Shown: positions 25,914 through 35,843 of the stretch, piece after piece
Numbering within the stretch: the first letter of the stretch is position 1
Layout: the number at the start of each line of letters is the position of its first letter
Origin: a virus
Taxonomy: Duplodnaviria > Caudoviricetes
Virus record (IMG/VR): IMGVR_UViG_3300035542_000088
Location: 1 to 38,717 of that record
Strand: one strand, 5' to 3'
Length of the DNA: 38,717 nt
Notes under the pieces: generated by a model
Databases searched by the model: none
Seen by the model: the letters and a program-made list of their open reading frames with translations, nothing else
Told to the model about the DNA's origin: nothing
Translations under genes and position numbers: made by a program

Positions 25914-26012
25914 TTAATAACATCCCATCATAAAAAGCACATCGAGAGTGATCACCACGCCGACAGCACCCAGCGCCGCCGCTATAATAATCAGTGTGAT
26001 AATCGTTTTCAT
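25914..26012 (-). CDS. 32-aa hydrophobic peptide
   Basis: MKTIITLIIIAAALGAVGVVITLDVLFMMGCY; ATG overlaps the upstream TAA. Confidence 0.4.
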   Translation of the reverse strand: MKTIITLIIIAAALGAVGVVITLDVLFMMGCY

Positions 26013-26350
26013 TATGACTCAAAATAAGCGTTAATCGTCGCTTTCAGCGCGGCGCGGGCCGTCATGAAATCCAGGTACGGCTGTTTGTACGACTCGTCCA
26101 GAATCCCGGCGACAGCCGCGTTGTAGTCGTTGGTCAGCTTGCCCTCGGTATCACGCGACCACATGGCGTTAATCGCCGCGCGGAGGATATTGTTCGGCGA
26201 CGGCGTGGTATGGATCACGCACTCATAGCAGGCGTAGAGCGTATCGCCGTCCTCGCTCTCCTCTTGCACTATGTCCCAGCGGAAACGGGTCGATCCATCC
26301 GGGTATCGCTGCAGCTGCTGAGGCTCCGAATTATAATGTACTTTGTCCAT
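26012..26350 (-). CDS. adhesin-associated small protein
   Basis: DGSxxFRWDI...AINAMW...EGKLTNDYNAA...Y.DF...R..LK. Recalled resemblance to the small gene next to DGR target/RT genes in Bacteroidetes-type phages. Confidence 0.65.
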   Translation of the reverse strand: MDKVHYNSEPQQLQRYPDGSTRFRWDIVQEESEDGDTLYACYECVIHTTPSPNNILRAAINAMWSRDTEGKLTNDYNAAVAGILDESYKQPYLDFMTARAALKATINAYFES

Positions 26351-26361
26351 AATAAATCTCC

Positions 26362-27837
26362 TTAAGCTTGAGGTGGAAAACAGCAGAGCCGAGAGCCGAA
26401 ATGCGTATGCCTAGTCGAGGGCGCATTACCCGTAAACGAGTAGCCGAAACCCGCATACGAACCATCAGGCGCCGAACCGCCGAACAGCACGGTACGCAGT
26501 GACGGGTCGCCGCTCGCCTGAACATACGTATAGAAAAAATCGGTCCAGTACGTTGAGCTACCGGCTCCGGATGCAACCAGCGGCATGACCTGCCCGGCGA
26601 TCATTTCTTTGATATAACCGTTGGATCTCGGCAGCTCGCCGATCTTGTAATACCCGTCATAATTAGAGTCATTCCACAAACTCGGATCGTCGCAGACAAA
26701 CGCCTCGGTAATCGGAGTCGCCGCATCGGCGGCATAAACGCGGACATTGATTCCGTCGCAGTTTTTCCAGATGTGCCCAAATGGATTTTCTACGCCGCGA
26801 TAACGGTTGGCCTGTGTAGTCAATTCGCCGTACCCCGCCGGCATGTCGAACAGCACTTCCCCGCTGCCGCTCGCCAGCTCGTTCGTATATCCGCACGGAA
26901 TAAACGGATTCTGCGCATTCCACGTGTTCCACGTCGTGTAGTTAAGATTGGTGCATCCGGCCCCCAGCCCGCCCTGCCGGAATCCGTTCGAATCCAGTGC
27001 GCTGTTGACGGCCATTTGCGAATAACGGGTTGCATACTCGATCACAAACAGAATCATCAGCGCCCGGTGCGCCCAGTAGTTGTACATCTCCCAGCCGCTT
27101 CCCCTGTTGTGCGCGTATGACCTGAATGATCCACGCGACAGATCTGAAACCGGCATCCCGCGCAGATCATGATCCGTGCCGTCGTAAGCAGTGTTGTTGT
27201 TCCCTCCTCGATAGTCATCGGAGGTGTTGATCACCGAGGCCAGTTTGAGATTCACACGGTCCAGAGATGCTTCAAATGCGCCCACATACTGCGGAGGAAT
27301 CCAGGTAAAACCATTCACCGGATACGGGCTGATTTTCCAGCGGCGGACGGTTACGTCTTCCTCATGGCGGAAATAAAAGCCCGGTCTGTAAATTTTTACC
27401 TGCCCATCCGTTCCGTCAAGCGCCGAGGCCCCGCCGGTCTTCTTCTGCGACCAGTCCGACGAATGCAGCTTATAATTTTCCGTACGGTCATCATTCAGCA
27501 GGCACGCATACATTCCCGACTGGATCGGCAGCGTGCGGTGCAGGTCCATTGACCCGATCCGCGTACAGGCCGGGTCGCTGTTTGCAAGGTCCCATTCGAC
27601 GCCGTACCATAATTGGATCAGGGGTTCGCCGTACAGAAAATAACCTTTCCCGGCACCTGTTACGTTGATGCTATCAGTGCTCTCAATCGGGCCGGAAACA
27701 TTTGTTGTTCCGGTCAATGACAAATTGTTTGCCGTACCAGACTCTTTGTCTGTTTTTGTGAGAATTGAAGCCTCATTTGTGCCCACCTGCCCGATTGCAT
27801 CGTTAACTTCGACTGTAGTATAACTTAACTTTCCCAT
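26362..27837 (-). CDS. tail adhesin/receptor-binding protein with C-terminal C-type-lectin (DGR-target-like) fold
   Basis: YGVEWD, YVGAFEA, LFVIEYAT, YRGVENPFGHIWKNCDG and a C-terminal VLFGG...AG...GSRLC variable-repeat-like end. Confidence 0.8.
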   Translation of the reverse strand: MGKLSYTTVEVNDAIGQVGTNEASILTKTDKESGTANNLSLTGTTNVSGPIESTDSINVTGAGKGYFLYGEPLIQLWYGVEWDLANSDPACTRIGSMDLHRTLPIQSGMYACLLNDDRTENYKLHSSDWSQKKTGGASALDGTDGQVKIYRPGFYFRHEEDVTVRRWKISPYPVNGFTWIPPQYVGAFEASLDRVNLKLASVINTSDDYRGGNNNTAYDGTDHDLRGMPVSDLSRGSFRSYAHNRGSGWEMYNYWAHRALMILFVIEYATRYSQMAVNSALDSNGFRQGGLGAGCTNLNYTTWNTWNAQNPFIPCGYTNELASGSGEVLFDMPAGYGELTTQANRYRGVENPFGHIWKNCDGINVRVYAADAATPITEAFVCDDPSLWNDSNYDGYYKIGELPRSNGYIKEMIAGQVMPLVASGAGSSTYWTDFFYTYVQASGDPSLRTVLFGGSAPDGSYAGFGYSFTGNAPSTRHTHFGSRLCCFPPQA

Positions 27838-27870
27838 GGCGATTCTCCATTATAAAATTTAGACATAATA

Positions 27871-28005
27871 TTAATCCTCTGTATAAATTCTTTCGTCATT
27901 GCTGTCCAATATCAGCTCATTATTGCTATCCCGCAAAGCATCGCGAACAAGCTTTGCCCATCCCGTACAACTCCTTATCCATCCATATAGTGATAACGGA
28001 TACAT
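27871..28005 (-). CDS. 44-aa hypothetical protein
   Basis: AAGGAG RBS; MYPLSLYGWIRSCTGWAKLVRDALRDSNNELILDSNDERIYTED. Confidence 0.5.
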   Translation of the reverse strand: MYPLSLYGWIRSCTGWAKLVRDALRDSNNELILDSNDERIYTED

Positions 28006-28014
28006 AATTGCTCC

Positions 28015-28335
28015 TTAGCTGGAAGGTTTCTGAACCTTGGTTATGTTCAGCTTGCCGCCGATAACGCTTATTTTGTCTCCCGGACGAATCAGGAAGTATT
28101 CTGTGCCCGCAAGGCGCATTCCTTCTTCGTTTGCCGCCGTTGGATCAGGATCAATCTTTATCCACAGATCAAAAAATTCAACGGATGAAAGCCGGTACTG
28201 CCCGCCTGCAAGAGCGGCAGACGTGGCCGCTGCGGAGGTTCCGTCAAGAACCTGTGTTTCAGGGTCTTCGGTATCGATGTATCCGAACTGAGCCCGATAC
28301 CCGCCCTTGGTGATTGCCAGTTCATTCTGTGCCAT
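28015..28335 (-). CDS. putative virion structural protein
   Basis: Beta-rich; DPTA...EYF...GDKISVI. Confidence 0.6.
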   Translation of the reverse strand: MAQNELAITKGGYRAQFGYIDTEDPETQVLDGTSAAATSAALAGGQYRLSSVEFFDLWIKIDPDPTAANEEGMRLAGTEYFLIRPGDKISVIGGKLNITKVQKPSS

Positions 28336-28350
28336 GTGTATGTCTCCTGT

Positions 28351-28842
28351 TTATGCCGCTTCTAATGCGGCTTTGATTGTATCTAAATCCTCTGCTGTGA
28401 GGTCGTTTCCTGCGGCGATGTAGGTTGCCTCAAGCTCATCGCTCTTTGTGCGTACGGCCTGAATCTTAGCCCATGCAAGGCGAATATCCTCGCTCTGTGC
28501 AATCTGCTCTTCTGTAGCCGTTCCTTGTGCCTTTGCGTCTGCAATCTCTACGGACAAGGCAAGCATATTACGTTGCTTATGCTCTGGGGCGATGGAGAGG
28601 ATAACTTGTTCTGCGAGCGATTTAATACTCTGAGCGCATTGGTCAGCATTAAATGGTGCTGTATATGGTACAACATCAGAGCCATCCCACTTTCGCTTTC
28701 CAGCGTTGTCGAGAAACTCCTGCCATTGCTCTGCTGTAATCTCGGTTCCTGCTTCTCCAATTCCAATCGGAATGCCATCGTCATTAAAGATGATTCTGTA
28801 GTGAGTCGGCTTTTCTTTTATTGGGGTTTCAAAGTTGTCCAT
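28351..28842 (-). CDS. tail fibre assembly/chaperone-like protein
   Basis: EITAEQWQEFL, APEHKQRN, WAKIQAVRTKSDELEA; follows the tail fibre gene. Confidence 0.6.
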   Translation of the reverse strand: MDNFETPIKEKPTHYRIIFNDDGIPIGIGEAGTEITAEQWQEFLDNAGKRKWDGSDVVPYTAPFNADQCAQSIKSLAEQVILSIAPEHKQRNMLALSVEIADAKAQGTATEEQIAQSEDIRLAWAKIQAVRTKSDELEATYIAAGNDLTAEDLDTIKAALEAA

Positions 28843-28851
28843 GATTTCTCC

Positions 28852-30072
28852 TTAATTTAAAACTTGATATGCGAGTATATTGACGGTGTTTGTCGTTCCA
28901 GAAGCGCCACCACTGCGTTTCCACTCAACAATTCCAGAAGAGTCGGTGATAAGTGAGACATATAGACATGAGCCAATACCGCCAGACCCGACGCTAGTTC
29001 CTGCCGCTTCAAGAACGTTATCTGCTACATCGGGGTCGCCCTTAGTCCGAAAATACACCCCATCATCTACATCGAATGTAATTCTCAAGTGCACAAAACA
29101 GCGATTACTTCCAATCGTTCCGCTCAGATCAAGGTCTGTAAAGGTTAGCGGCAATGCGCCAATGAAAACAGGAGATCCGGCGGTATTGTCTTGCATTGCG
29201 GATGCGCCAACATAAGCCTTCACGCTTTGCTGTGTAGGAACGTCTGTGGCGCTGTCTGAGGCCATGTCGTCCTCATCAATGACGCCATACCCTGAATCAA
29301 CCGCATCGCCGTCAGAATTCCATTTAGCTAGGTTGTCGGCTACTCCTGCAGTTCCAGATACTAAAGACGCATCAACGCCTGTTTTGGCCATGCCAATCTT
29401 GGTTTCCGTGACAGCCCCGTCCGCAATCTGCGCTGTATCCACCCCGCCGTCCTTCACGCTTATTTTATATTGCGCATCAAATTCTATGCTCGTGTTATCC
29501 ACTTTCGCAGAAATGATATTATTTGCAAGGTCAAGCCCCTTCTGGGAATCCACAGCAATTGCCCCTGAATCGGCAAGCGACACACTTGTAAAATTCCCGT
29601 CCTCATCAAATCCCAGCGCTTTCGAAGCGCGTGTTTCTACTGGATCAATTTCGTAACTCAGTCCTTCCGGGTCAGTGACGGGCATCGTTATAGTCCTGCC
29701 GAACTTCTCATCAAGCTGCTGTACCTGCATCACCGTTCTGTCCAAGGCGTTCTCCAAACCCATCGCAGGAAGGTCTCCCCCCTCAACCAAATCGAGTCCC
29801 TGCGTATTGGCAACCGTACGAATCAGCGTGATTTGATAATCAGAGCTGTAGGTTGCAACCGTTGTTATCCTTGCTCCGTTTTCGTAGTCTCCTGAAATTG
29901 CGTCTACGGTATACTCGGTGGTTTGTGTAAGGATTGTCTGCGCACCGGTGGTTATGTTTTTGATATAAACAGTTATATCGTCTTCATCAAATATCTTTAT
30001 ATCCAGATCAAACTGCGTTGTTGATCCGTTACATGCATACTGTCTCTTGTTCGTTGTCGTTGATATAGCCAT
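28852..30072 (-). CDS. tail fibre protein (T7 gp17-like N-terminal anchor)
   Basis: YACNGSTTQF...IFDEDDITVY...LENALDRTVMQVQQL. Confidence 0.85.
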   Translation of the reverse strand: MAISTTTNKRQYACNGSTTQFDLDIKIFDEDDITVYIKNITTGAQTILTQTTEYTVDAISGDYENGARITTVATYSSDYQITLIRTVANTQGLDLVEGGDLPAMGLENALDRTVMQVQQLDEKFGRTITMPVTDPEGLSYEIDPVETRASKALGFDEDGNFTSVSLADSGAIAVDSQKGLDLANNIISAKVDNTSIEFDAQYKISVKDGGVDTAQIADGAVTETKIGMAKTGVDASLVSGTAGVADNLAKWNSDGDAVDSGYGVIDEDDMASDSATDVPTQQSVKAYVGASAMQDNTAGSPVFIGALPLTFTDLDLSGTIGSNRCFVHLRITFDVDDGVYFRTKGDPDVADNVLEAAGTSVGSGGIGSCLYVSLITDSSGIVEWKRSGGASGTTNTVNILAYQVLN

Positions 30073-30090
30073 TTGTTACCTCGTGTATTG

Positions 30091-30118
30091 TTTATACATT
30101 ATCTCAATAAAATGTCAA
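30091..30118 (-). promoter_or_regulatory. sigma70-like promoter upstream of the tail fibre gene
   Basis: TTGACA-16-TATAAA on the minus strand in a 46-bp intergenic gap. Confidence 0.45.
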
Positions 30119-33100
30119 TTATTTTGTTTTCTTGTCGTAAACCCCTATGGACAAACCAAGCCCTTCACCAAGTGATAATGCAGCGACAATAGACGGGTCT
30201 TCCCCCTCCTGATATGCCTCGACAGCCGATTGTATTACCAGAGGAGTCATATTTTTTACAAACACGGTCGCAATTTCAGGCAATTCTATATCGCCAATCT
30301 CTATTTTTTCAGTTTTTCTTCCGATTACATCTTCTCCGGAAGTAAGTTCGTTGAATATAACAATGGGAGGAGAAAGCTTATATTTTAAAAATTGTCCTAT
30401 ATCAGAAATTGTATTCACATCAGTTTCTCCCTCTCTGATGCGTTCGGTACCACCCTTTATGGCTTTTGCAAGAATCCTCATGGGTTGCTGCATCCCGCCC
30501 CATATATCAATATGCTTATTATTAATAACAATTTTGCCCCAATCAGAATCATCCGGGTCGTCTTCTATATCTGCACCTGCCATCTTTGCCAAAGAAAGTA
30601 CCGTAAGCCCCGTTCCCAGATATGCCGCCCACTGTTTGATAATTTCACCCCTAAGTTCTGAATGGCGTAACAGATTTGCTGCCTCTATCGGAGCCTGAAT
30701 TCTTGATGCCGCAAAGCGCGGTGCAAAGAAAATAAGCGATAGCTCTTCTGCTGATCGGTCTAAAAGCTTTGCATCTCCCCTCCCGGTTGCGATGTTCACA
30801 TATCGTGCATATGCTTTTTTTACGTCGGTTCCCGCATCAGGATGTTTTGTCAGAAAATCAATCATTAATCCCTGACGAAGAAGATTTATACCGGCAACCA
30901 TATTTCTCTCAGATGCCATAACAATCTTTCCAAACCCAGGTATTTTTTCCGCCAGATTAGACGCAAAAAACTCTGTACGATCCTCAATTGTCGTATCAAG
31001 ACTTGAAAAATGTGTTCCAAGTGATGCTATTTCTGTGTGTAGTGGATGATCGCGCATTTCTACATCAATTTGTGATGCTTTTTTCTGTGAAAAAAATGCA
31101 GTAAATGCTTTTTCCCAAGCCTGTGCCGCTATTTTAGGGTGAGCAAATGAGGGAAGAAGCCCCTGTCTTAATCCGTAAGACATATCTGCGGTTGCCATAA
31201 TTGAACGAGGAAGTGTCGCAATTTCTTTAATCCAGTCTTTTGCTGTTTTTTGTCTTAAATCATAAATTTTGTTTCGGGCTTCTCTTTGTAACAGATTCAG
31301 TTCTGTTCGTAATTGTGTAAGCTGTTGCGGCTCATCTTTGCGTATACGTTTCTTTCGCTCTGTAAACTCTCCAGTACGAATCTGATCCTTAAGGTCAGAA
31401 ATCTTTTGTTCAACAGATTCAATTTTTTCAGCGACATTCTGTATATCTGCGATTTCTTCCGCAGTTAAGCTTTTTCCTTTGGATATTCTTGCGGCAGACT
31501 CAAGACTTACAATATCATAAGTAAATCTATTCACTAAAGAAGCCATCATTGAATTAGCTCTTCCGCTCTGCGTAGCAGATGTCTTAAGCGCTGTTTCAAT
31601 TCTATCAGATCGATATGCGTTCTGTGATAATTCCATAAGCGTCTGGTCAACCATGTCGTTATCTAAAGAATCCATTGCGGCTTTCTGACGTTTAAGTATT
31701 CGTATCCTTTCATTGCGAAGCTCGACCACCCGCGCTCCCATTCCGGCGACTTCCTTATCATTCATTTGATAGGTTTTTACTTTTTTATTTTCGGCAGACA
31801 TGATTACTTTATCAGCAAGAAAATCGGCCTCTTTATCAAGACCGCTTTCTAATGCCTCTGTCATTGATTTTTGGTGACTCTTTACATCTTCTTCGGAAAG
31901 TTCTTCCTCTCCTCTTTCTGCTCTGGCTTCATTTATTTTTTCAGTACTGAACCCTACAATATCATCTTCAGAAACCTCATTAACCGATTCTATTGTGCGC
32001 TCTTCATTAGCCGATTCCGGTTGAGTAAACATTTCGCTGTTAAGCCTGCTTACCTTTTCGGGTGAAGGATTTAAAAAAGCATCTCTGGCAGCTTGCTGAA
32101 CCTGTCCCGGAAGATTTAAAACCTCTTGCTCAATTTCTGTATCATTCATTGTATTGCGAATAGTATTAACATCTCCTAATGTATACGGAAGAGGCGCATT
32201 GTCATCAAATGAGGGCTGTATTTCCTGCATTAATGCCGTGCTGTGACCACCGATAAATCCTCCTCCTACACCCATCACGGCGCCCGCTATAATTCCTAGC
32301 GCCGCCGAATCATTTATTTTTTCGTTCCATGGTTTATCCTGAGAAATATTTGAACTGATCTGTTCTCCAATACTTTGCGGCAACTCCTCAACAATAGATT
32401 CGAAAAAGCCGCTTAATGCAATTTTAGCAGTCGGGGATTTAATTATTCCCGGCTTACTTTTACCTCCTGCAATAAGCACATCTATATCATCCAGTCCGAG
32501 TCTGCCTTGTAAGCTGCTTGATCCTAAAGCAATAAGAGATGTGGCCACTGTTGTTCCGGCGATAAGTGCCGCCTGTTTGGGAGTAACCGGATCGGTTTTA
32601 TTAAAATCAATTATATCTTCCAACTGCATTCCGCCGGAAATAAACCCTTCTCCAAGTGCCGCAGATATAGCCTTGCTCTTAAAAGCCATTGAACGACCGG
32701 CCCCTCCACCAAGAAGCATCGGTCCTAAAGATTCCAAAACAGTTGTTGCCGATACTGAAGGATTTTTAAGAGCCATTCCTATTTTATTAAATACACCCTT
32801 TTCAGATGAAACGCGACGCAAAGCATCCTGTGTTTCATTTGAATATAATCCGCTTAAAAATTCCTGTGTTTTTTTAGGATCATATCCAATCATTCTGAAT
32901 CCGCTTGACGGCAGTGCTATTTTTCCCTGTGTCGCAACGTTCGGAAGCATAAAAGCAAGGTCTGTAAGACCCATTAACGCCTCTCCTGTTCCAACAATTG
33001 TTTTTGCCATTCCGACACCCGTGTCCTGTAGAAGACGCATCCCTGTTTTTTTTATATCGGGTAGTTGTTCACCATAATCAGTAATCGGTCTTGCAGTATC

Positions 33101-33517
33101 AAGATAATTAAGAAACTGTTCTATCTGCTCCTGTTCGCTGTTATCAACCAGAGGTCCATAGCGAAGTGGTTCAGAATTATACTGATTAGCGATTTCGAAA
33201 ACCGCATTCTCTCCATATTCTGAATGCAGTCTGGCATTAAGAGCAGCAAGATCATGATCTATTCCGAACTTAAGATCATAAAACCGTTTTGCTTTTATTC
33301 GTTCTTTATCTTTTTCCGTTACTGCGCGTCCGATTAAGGCTCGTTCATCAGGATCAGACGGCATAACATCATTATTCATTGAGAGGATGGCTTGTGATTT
33401 TGATCCGGTTTTATCAAACGCACCGTATTTTTCCTCATATTCAGAAGACTTTTTTAGTATATCCTCCCTTGAGAATCCCCTTTCTTTCCCGGCTCTGGCA
33501 AACTCTTCAAAGGTCAT
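30119..33517 (-). CDS. large internal virion (ejection) protein
   Basis: 1132 aa at the T7 gp16 position; Gly/Ala-rich segments; DPDDSDWGKI in the C-terminal part. Confidence 0.7.
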   Translation of the reverse strand: MTFEEFARAGKERGFSREDILKKSSEYEEKYGAFDKTGSKSQAILSMNNDVMPSDPDERALIGRAVTEKDKERIKAKRFYDLKFGIDHDLAALNARLHSEYGENAVFEIANQYNSEPLRYGPLVDNSEQEQIEQFLNYLDTARPITDYGEQLPDIKKTGMRLLQDTGVGMAKTIVGTGEALMGLTDLAFMLPNVATQGKIALPSSGFRMIGYDPKKTQEFLSGLYSNETQDALRRVSSEKGVFNKIGMALKNPSVSATTVLESLGPMLLGGGAGRSMAFKSKAISAALGEGFISGGMQLEDIIDFNKTDPVTPKQAALIAGTTVATSLIALGSSSLQGRLGLDDIDVLIAGGKSKPGIIKSPTAKIALSGFFESIVEELPQSIGEQISSNISQDKPWNEKINDSAALGIIAGAVMGVGGGFIGGHSTALMQEIQPSFDDNAPLPYTLGDVNTIRNTMNDTEIEQEVLNLPGQVQQAARDAFLNPSPEKVSRLNSEMFTQPESANEERTIESVNEVSEDDIVGFSTEKINEARAERGEEELSEEDVKSHQKSMTEALESGLDKEADFLADKVIMSAENKKVKTYQMNDKEVAGMGARVVELRNERIRILKRQKAAMDSLDNDMVDQTLMELSQNAYRSDRIETALKTSATQSGRANSMMASLVNRFTYDIVSLESAARISKGKSLTAEEIADIQNVAEKIESVEQKISDLKDQIRTGEFTERKKRIRKDEPQQLTQLRTELNLLQREARNKIYDLRQKTAKDWIKEIATLPRSIMATADMSYGLRQGLLPSFAHPKIAAQAWEKAFTAFFSQKKASQIDVEMRDHPLHTEIASLGTHFSSLDTTIEDRTEFFASNLAEKIPGFGKIVMASERNMVAGINLLRQGLMIDFLTKHPDAGTDVKKAYARYVNIATGRGDAKLLDRSAEELSLIFFAPRFAASRIQAPIEAANLLRHSELRGEIIKQWAAYLGTGLTVLSLAKMAGADIEDDPDDSDWGKIVINNKHIDIWGGMQQPMRILAKAIKGGTERIREGETDVNTISDIGQFLKYKLSPPIVIFNELTSGEDVIGRKTEKIEIGDIELPEIATVFVKNMTPLVIQSAVEAYQEGEDPSIVAALSLGEGLGLSIGVYDKKTK

Positions 33518-34977
33518 TATTCATCTCCGAAAATATCATTCAATATAGCATCACGATCTTCTGTCTGAACTGATGGTGAAATAAGTTTTACAGCGGCTTC
33601 CCGGAAAGTTTCAGAATACCATTCATCAAATGTTTTATCTCCAGGATTTTCTTTCCATTTGTTGTACGATACAAACCAGTTTTTTACATTATCTGCCACA
33701 GAATCCTGAGGACTTGTTAATGAATACCGCTTAACAGCATCAAGAACACTTCTGAACTCTTCATTTACTGAAAAAACCTTATCTTTTCCGAACAATCCGT
33801 CATACGCCGCAAGATGCCCGTTTTTATTAATAACAGAATCAAGAATAGGCTGTGACGAATAGAGAAGAATTAAAGACATGGACGCTCCTGTTTTCCCAAA
33901 CGAATTAACCATTTTTTCATATGTGATATCTCCGTTTTGAAAACGCTCCATGTTGTTTAATGCATTCATTACATCTTCATCTACCGGAGCTTTTTTAGCA
34001 AGCCAGCCTGATGTAAGAGACCGAACGGCATTTTGCGGCATAACCGCCTGAAGTTCTTCAAGATCAGAATATTCAAACGTATCATCTAATACAGCCTTAT
34101 AAGCATTGTTTTGGGCCTCAGCTACTCTCTTGTTTTCGGTACGTGCAATAGAATTTATTCTAGCTCTTGCAATTGTAACGATTTGGGCTTCATGATTGAT
34201 ATCCATATCTGATTTTTTTGCAGACTTAATAATTTCTGAATATTCAGAAATTGCCTCGTTTGGAGTAAGCGTTCCGCTTTGGGTTAACTCCTGAACACCC
34301 TGCATCTCACCTGTAAATTTAAAATAATTCTGTTTCGATTTTAAAACAGACCGGTCCATTACCATGTCCTGCTCAGTATATCTATTATCAAGCAGAACAA
34401 GTTTATTAGCTGCGGCCTGCCATCGTGAGTCTGCATCTTCCCACTTTCCGGTTTCTGGATTAACCCATCCCTCTCCGCGTTCTGCCGCCAGCTTCTGTGC
34501 GGTCCATGATGCAATATCAAAATTAATCTGTGCTTTTTCTACAAATCCCCCAGCTCCATAAAACGCTGTATCTGATTTAAGTTTGCTTATTTCATATTTT
34601 CTGGTAAGAGCGGTTCTTGCTTTTTCATTTACATCAAGACTATTTATCCATTTATCCCATTCTTTTTTTACATTGCTGTAAAACTTATCAACCTGTATAT
34701 AAGATTCAGGAGATCCCGTATCAGCAATTTTTTTACCCTCATTAAAAGCCGCAGATATTTTTCCGTCCAGTTCAGTAGAATACATTGCAATCTGTGCGCT
34801 TGTGTCTTCGGCTTGCTTTTTCTGCTGATAATCAGCAAGTACTCCTCCAACCTGACTTATTGCCTGTCCAGCCTGACCAGCCGCCTGCCACGGAGCAGAG
34901 GCCGCCTGCGGACTCATTCTCGGCTGGGACTGACCCGTTGCCCTGACCTGACGTTGATATAAAGGTATTTTAGGCAT
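33517..34977 (-). CDS. internal virion protein
   Basis: MPKIPLYQRQV start typical of the gp15-position protein. Confidence 0.7.
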   Translation of the reverse strand: MPKIPLYQRQVRATGQSQPRMSPQAASAPWQAAGQAGQAISQVGGVLADYQQKKQAEDTSAQIAMYSTELDGKISAAFNEGKKIADTGSPESYIQVDKFYSNVKKEWDKWINSLDVNEKARTALTRKYEISKLKSDTAFYGAGGFVEKAQINFDIASWTAQKLAAERGEGWVNPETGKWEDADSRWQAAANKLVLLDNRYTEQDMVMDRSVLKSKQNYFKFTGEMQGVQELTQSGTLTPNEAISEYSEIIKSAKKSDMDINHEAQIVTIARARINSIARTENKRVAEAQNNAYKAVLDDTFEYSDLEELQAVMPQNAVRSLTSGWLAKKAPVDEDVMNALNNMERFQNGDITYEKMVNSFGKTGASMSLILLYSSQPILDSVINKNGHLAAYDGLFGKDKVFSVNEEFRSVLDAVKRYSLTSPQDSVADNVKNWFVSYNKWKENPGDKTFDEWYSETFREAAVKLISPSVQTEDRDAILNDIFGDE

Positions 34978-34980
34978 TAT

Positions 34981-35457
34981 TTATCCTGTTAGCATCTTAT
35001 ATTGACTTATTGTGTCCGTTGATCCGGTGAGCAGGGACGCCCCGGCTCCTATTGTACCGGCAGATGCAGCCTGCTTTCCGGTATACTTGTACAACTTGGC
35101 CTGATTTCTGCTTGCCTGAGCGCTGTTATATCCGGTTCTCTGTGTATTTAAAATATCAAGTTCCATTTCCCCTGCCTGCTCTGCCATTGTAATAAGAGGG
35201 GTTCCCTCACTGATCACAGCGCCTGATTTTGCATAGGATGCCCGCTGGGAAGCAGATGTTCGTTTCGCCTGTGTGCGCATTCTCTGCGTCTCGGCCCGGG
35301 TAGCCTGTTCTGCCGCAAGCGCTTCATTTTCAGCCAACTTCGCGTTATAGTTTGCCGCTGCCTGCTGAGCCTGCCCGGACTGATAGGAACTATAGGCGCT
35401 GACTCCAGTCCCTATTGCTGAAAGCGTTGCCGCAGCTATTGCCGCTCCCACTCCCAT
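34981..35457 (-). CDS. internal virion protein (gp14-like)
   Basis: Ala/Gln/Gly-rich; QRASYAKSG...GTPL; start moved to ATG 35457. Confidence 0.75.
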   Translation of the reverse strand: MGVGAAIAAATLSAIGTGVSAYSSYQSGQAQQAAANYNAKLAENEALAAEQATRAETQRMRTQAKRTSASQRASYAKSGAVISEGTPLITMAEQAGEMELDILNTQRTGYNSAQASRNQAKLYKYTGKQAASAGTIGAGASLLTGSTDTISQYKMLTG

Positions 35458-35843
35458 TATTTTCCCCCTTCGTAAACCATTGTTGTTTCTCCGTTGCAAC
35501 CGGTACAAAATCCATTGAAAAGCCTGCACAGTTTCTCATTTGAGAGAATCAAAAAGGATACTATTCCTTCTTTCTTCATATTCTGTGCCATATCTTCTAT
35601 GTATCCTGCAAGCTCTTTCAGGTTTTTAACGCTCTCAACCGGAGACTGTTCCGGGTCACTGATCACCCATTCAAAAAAACATACCGGCGCATTGGATGCC
35701 GTATAAAGAAAAAATGCACAGGATTCGTTTACAATATATCCGAAGTCTTTTGGCAGTATACCTTTAAGGCTTTTCTCAATTCCGCGAGCAGAAAACCATC
35801 CGAGAACCCTGTCAAAGTCTTTTTCTGTAATCCTGCGTATCAT
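35457..35843 (-). CDS. GNAT-fold/gp13-position virion protein
   Basis: MIRRITEKDF..., FLYTASN...EWVISDP; between the nozzle and internal proteins. Confidence 0.6.
   Translation of the reverse strand: MIRRITEKDFDRVLGWFSARGIEKSLKGILPKDFGYIVNESCAFFLYTASNAPVCFFEWVISDPEQSPVESVKNLKELAGYIEDMAQNMKKEGIVSFLILSNEKLCRLFNGFCTGCNGETTMVYEGGK

Noticed and set aside
30119-33517. Virion RNA polymerase or lytic transglycosylase in the 1132-aa protein
   Set aside because: No polymerase or SLT motifs recognisable by eye; kept as a generic internal virion protein.
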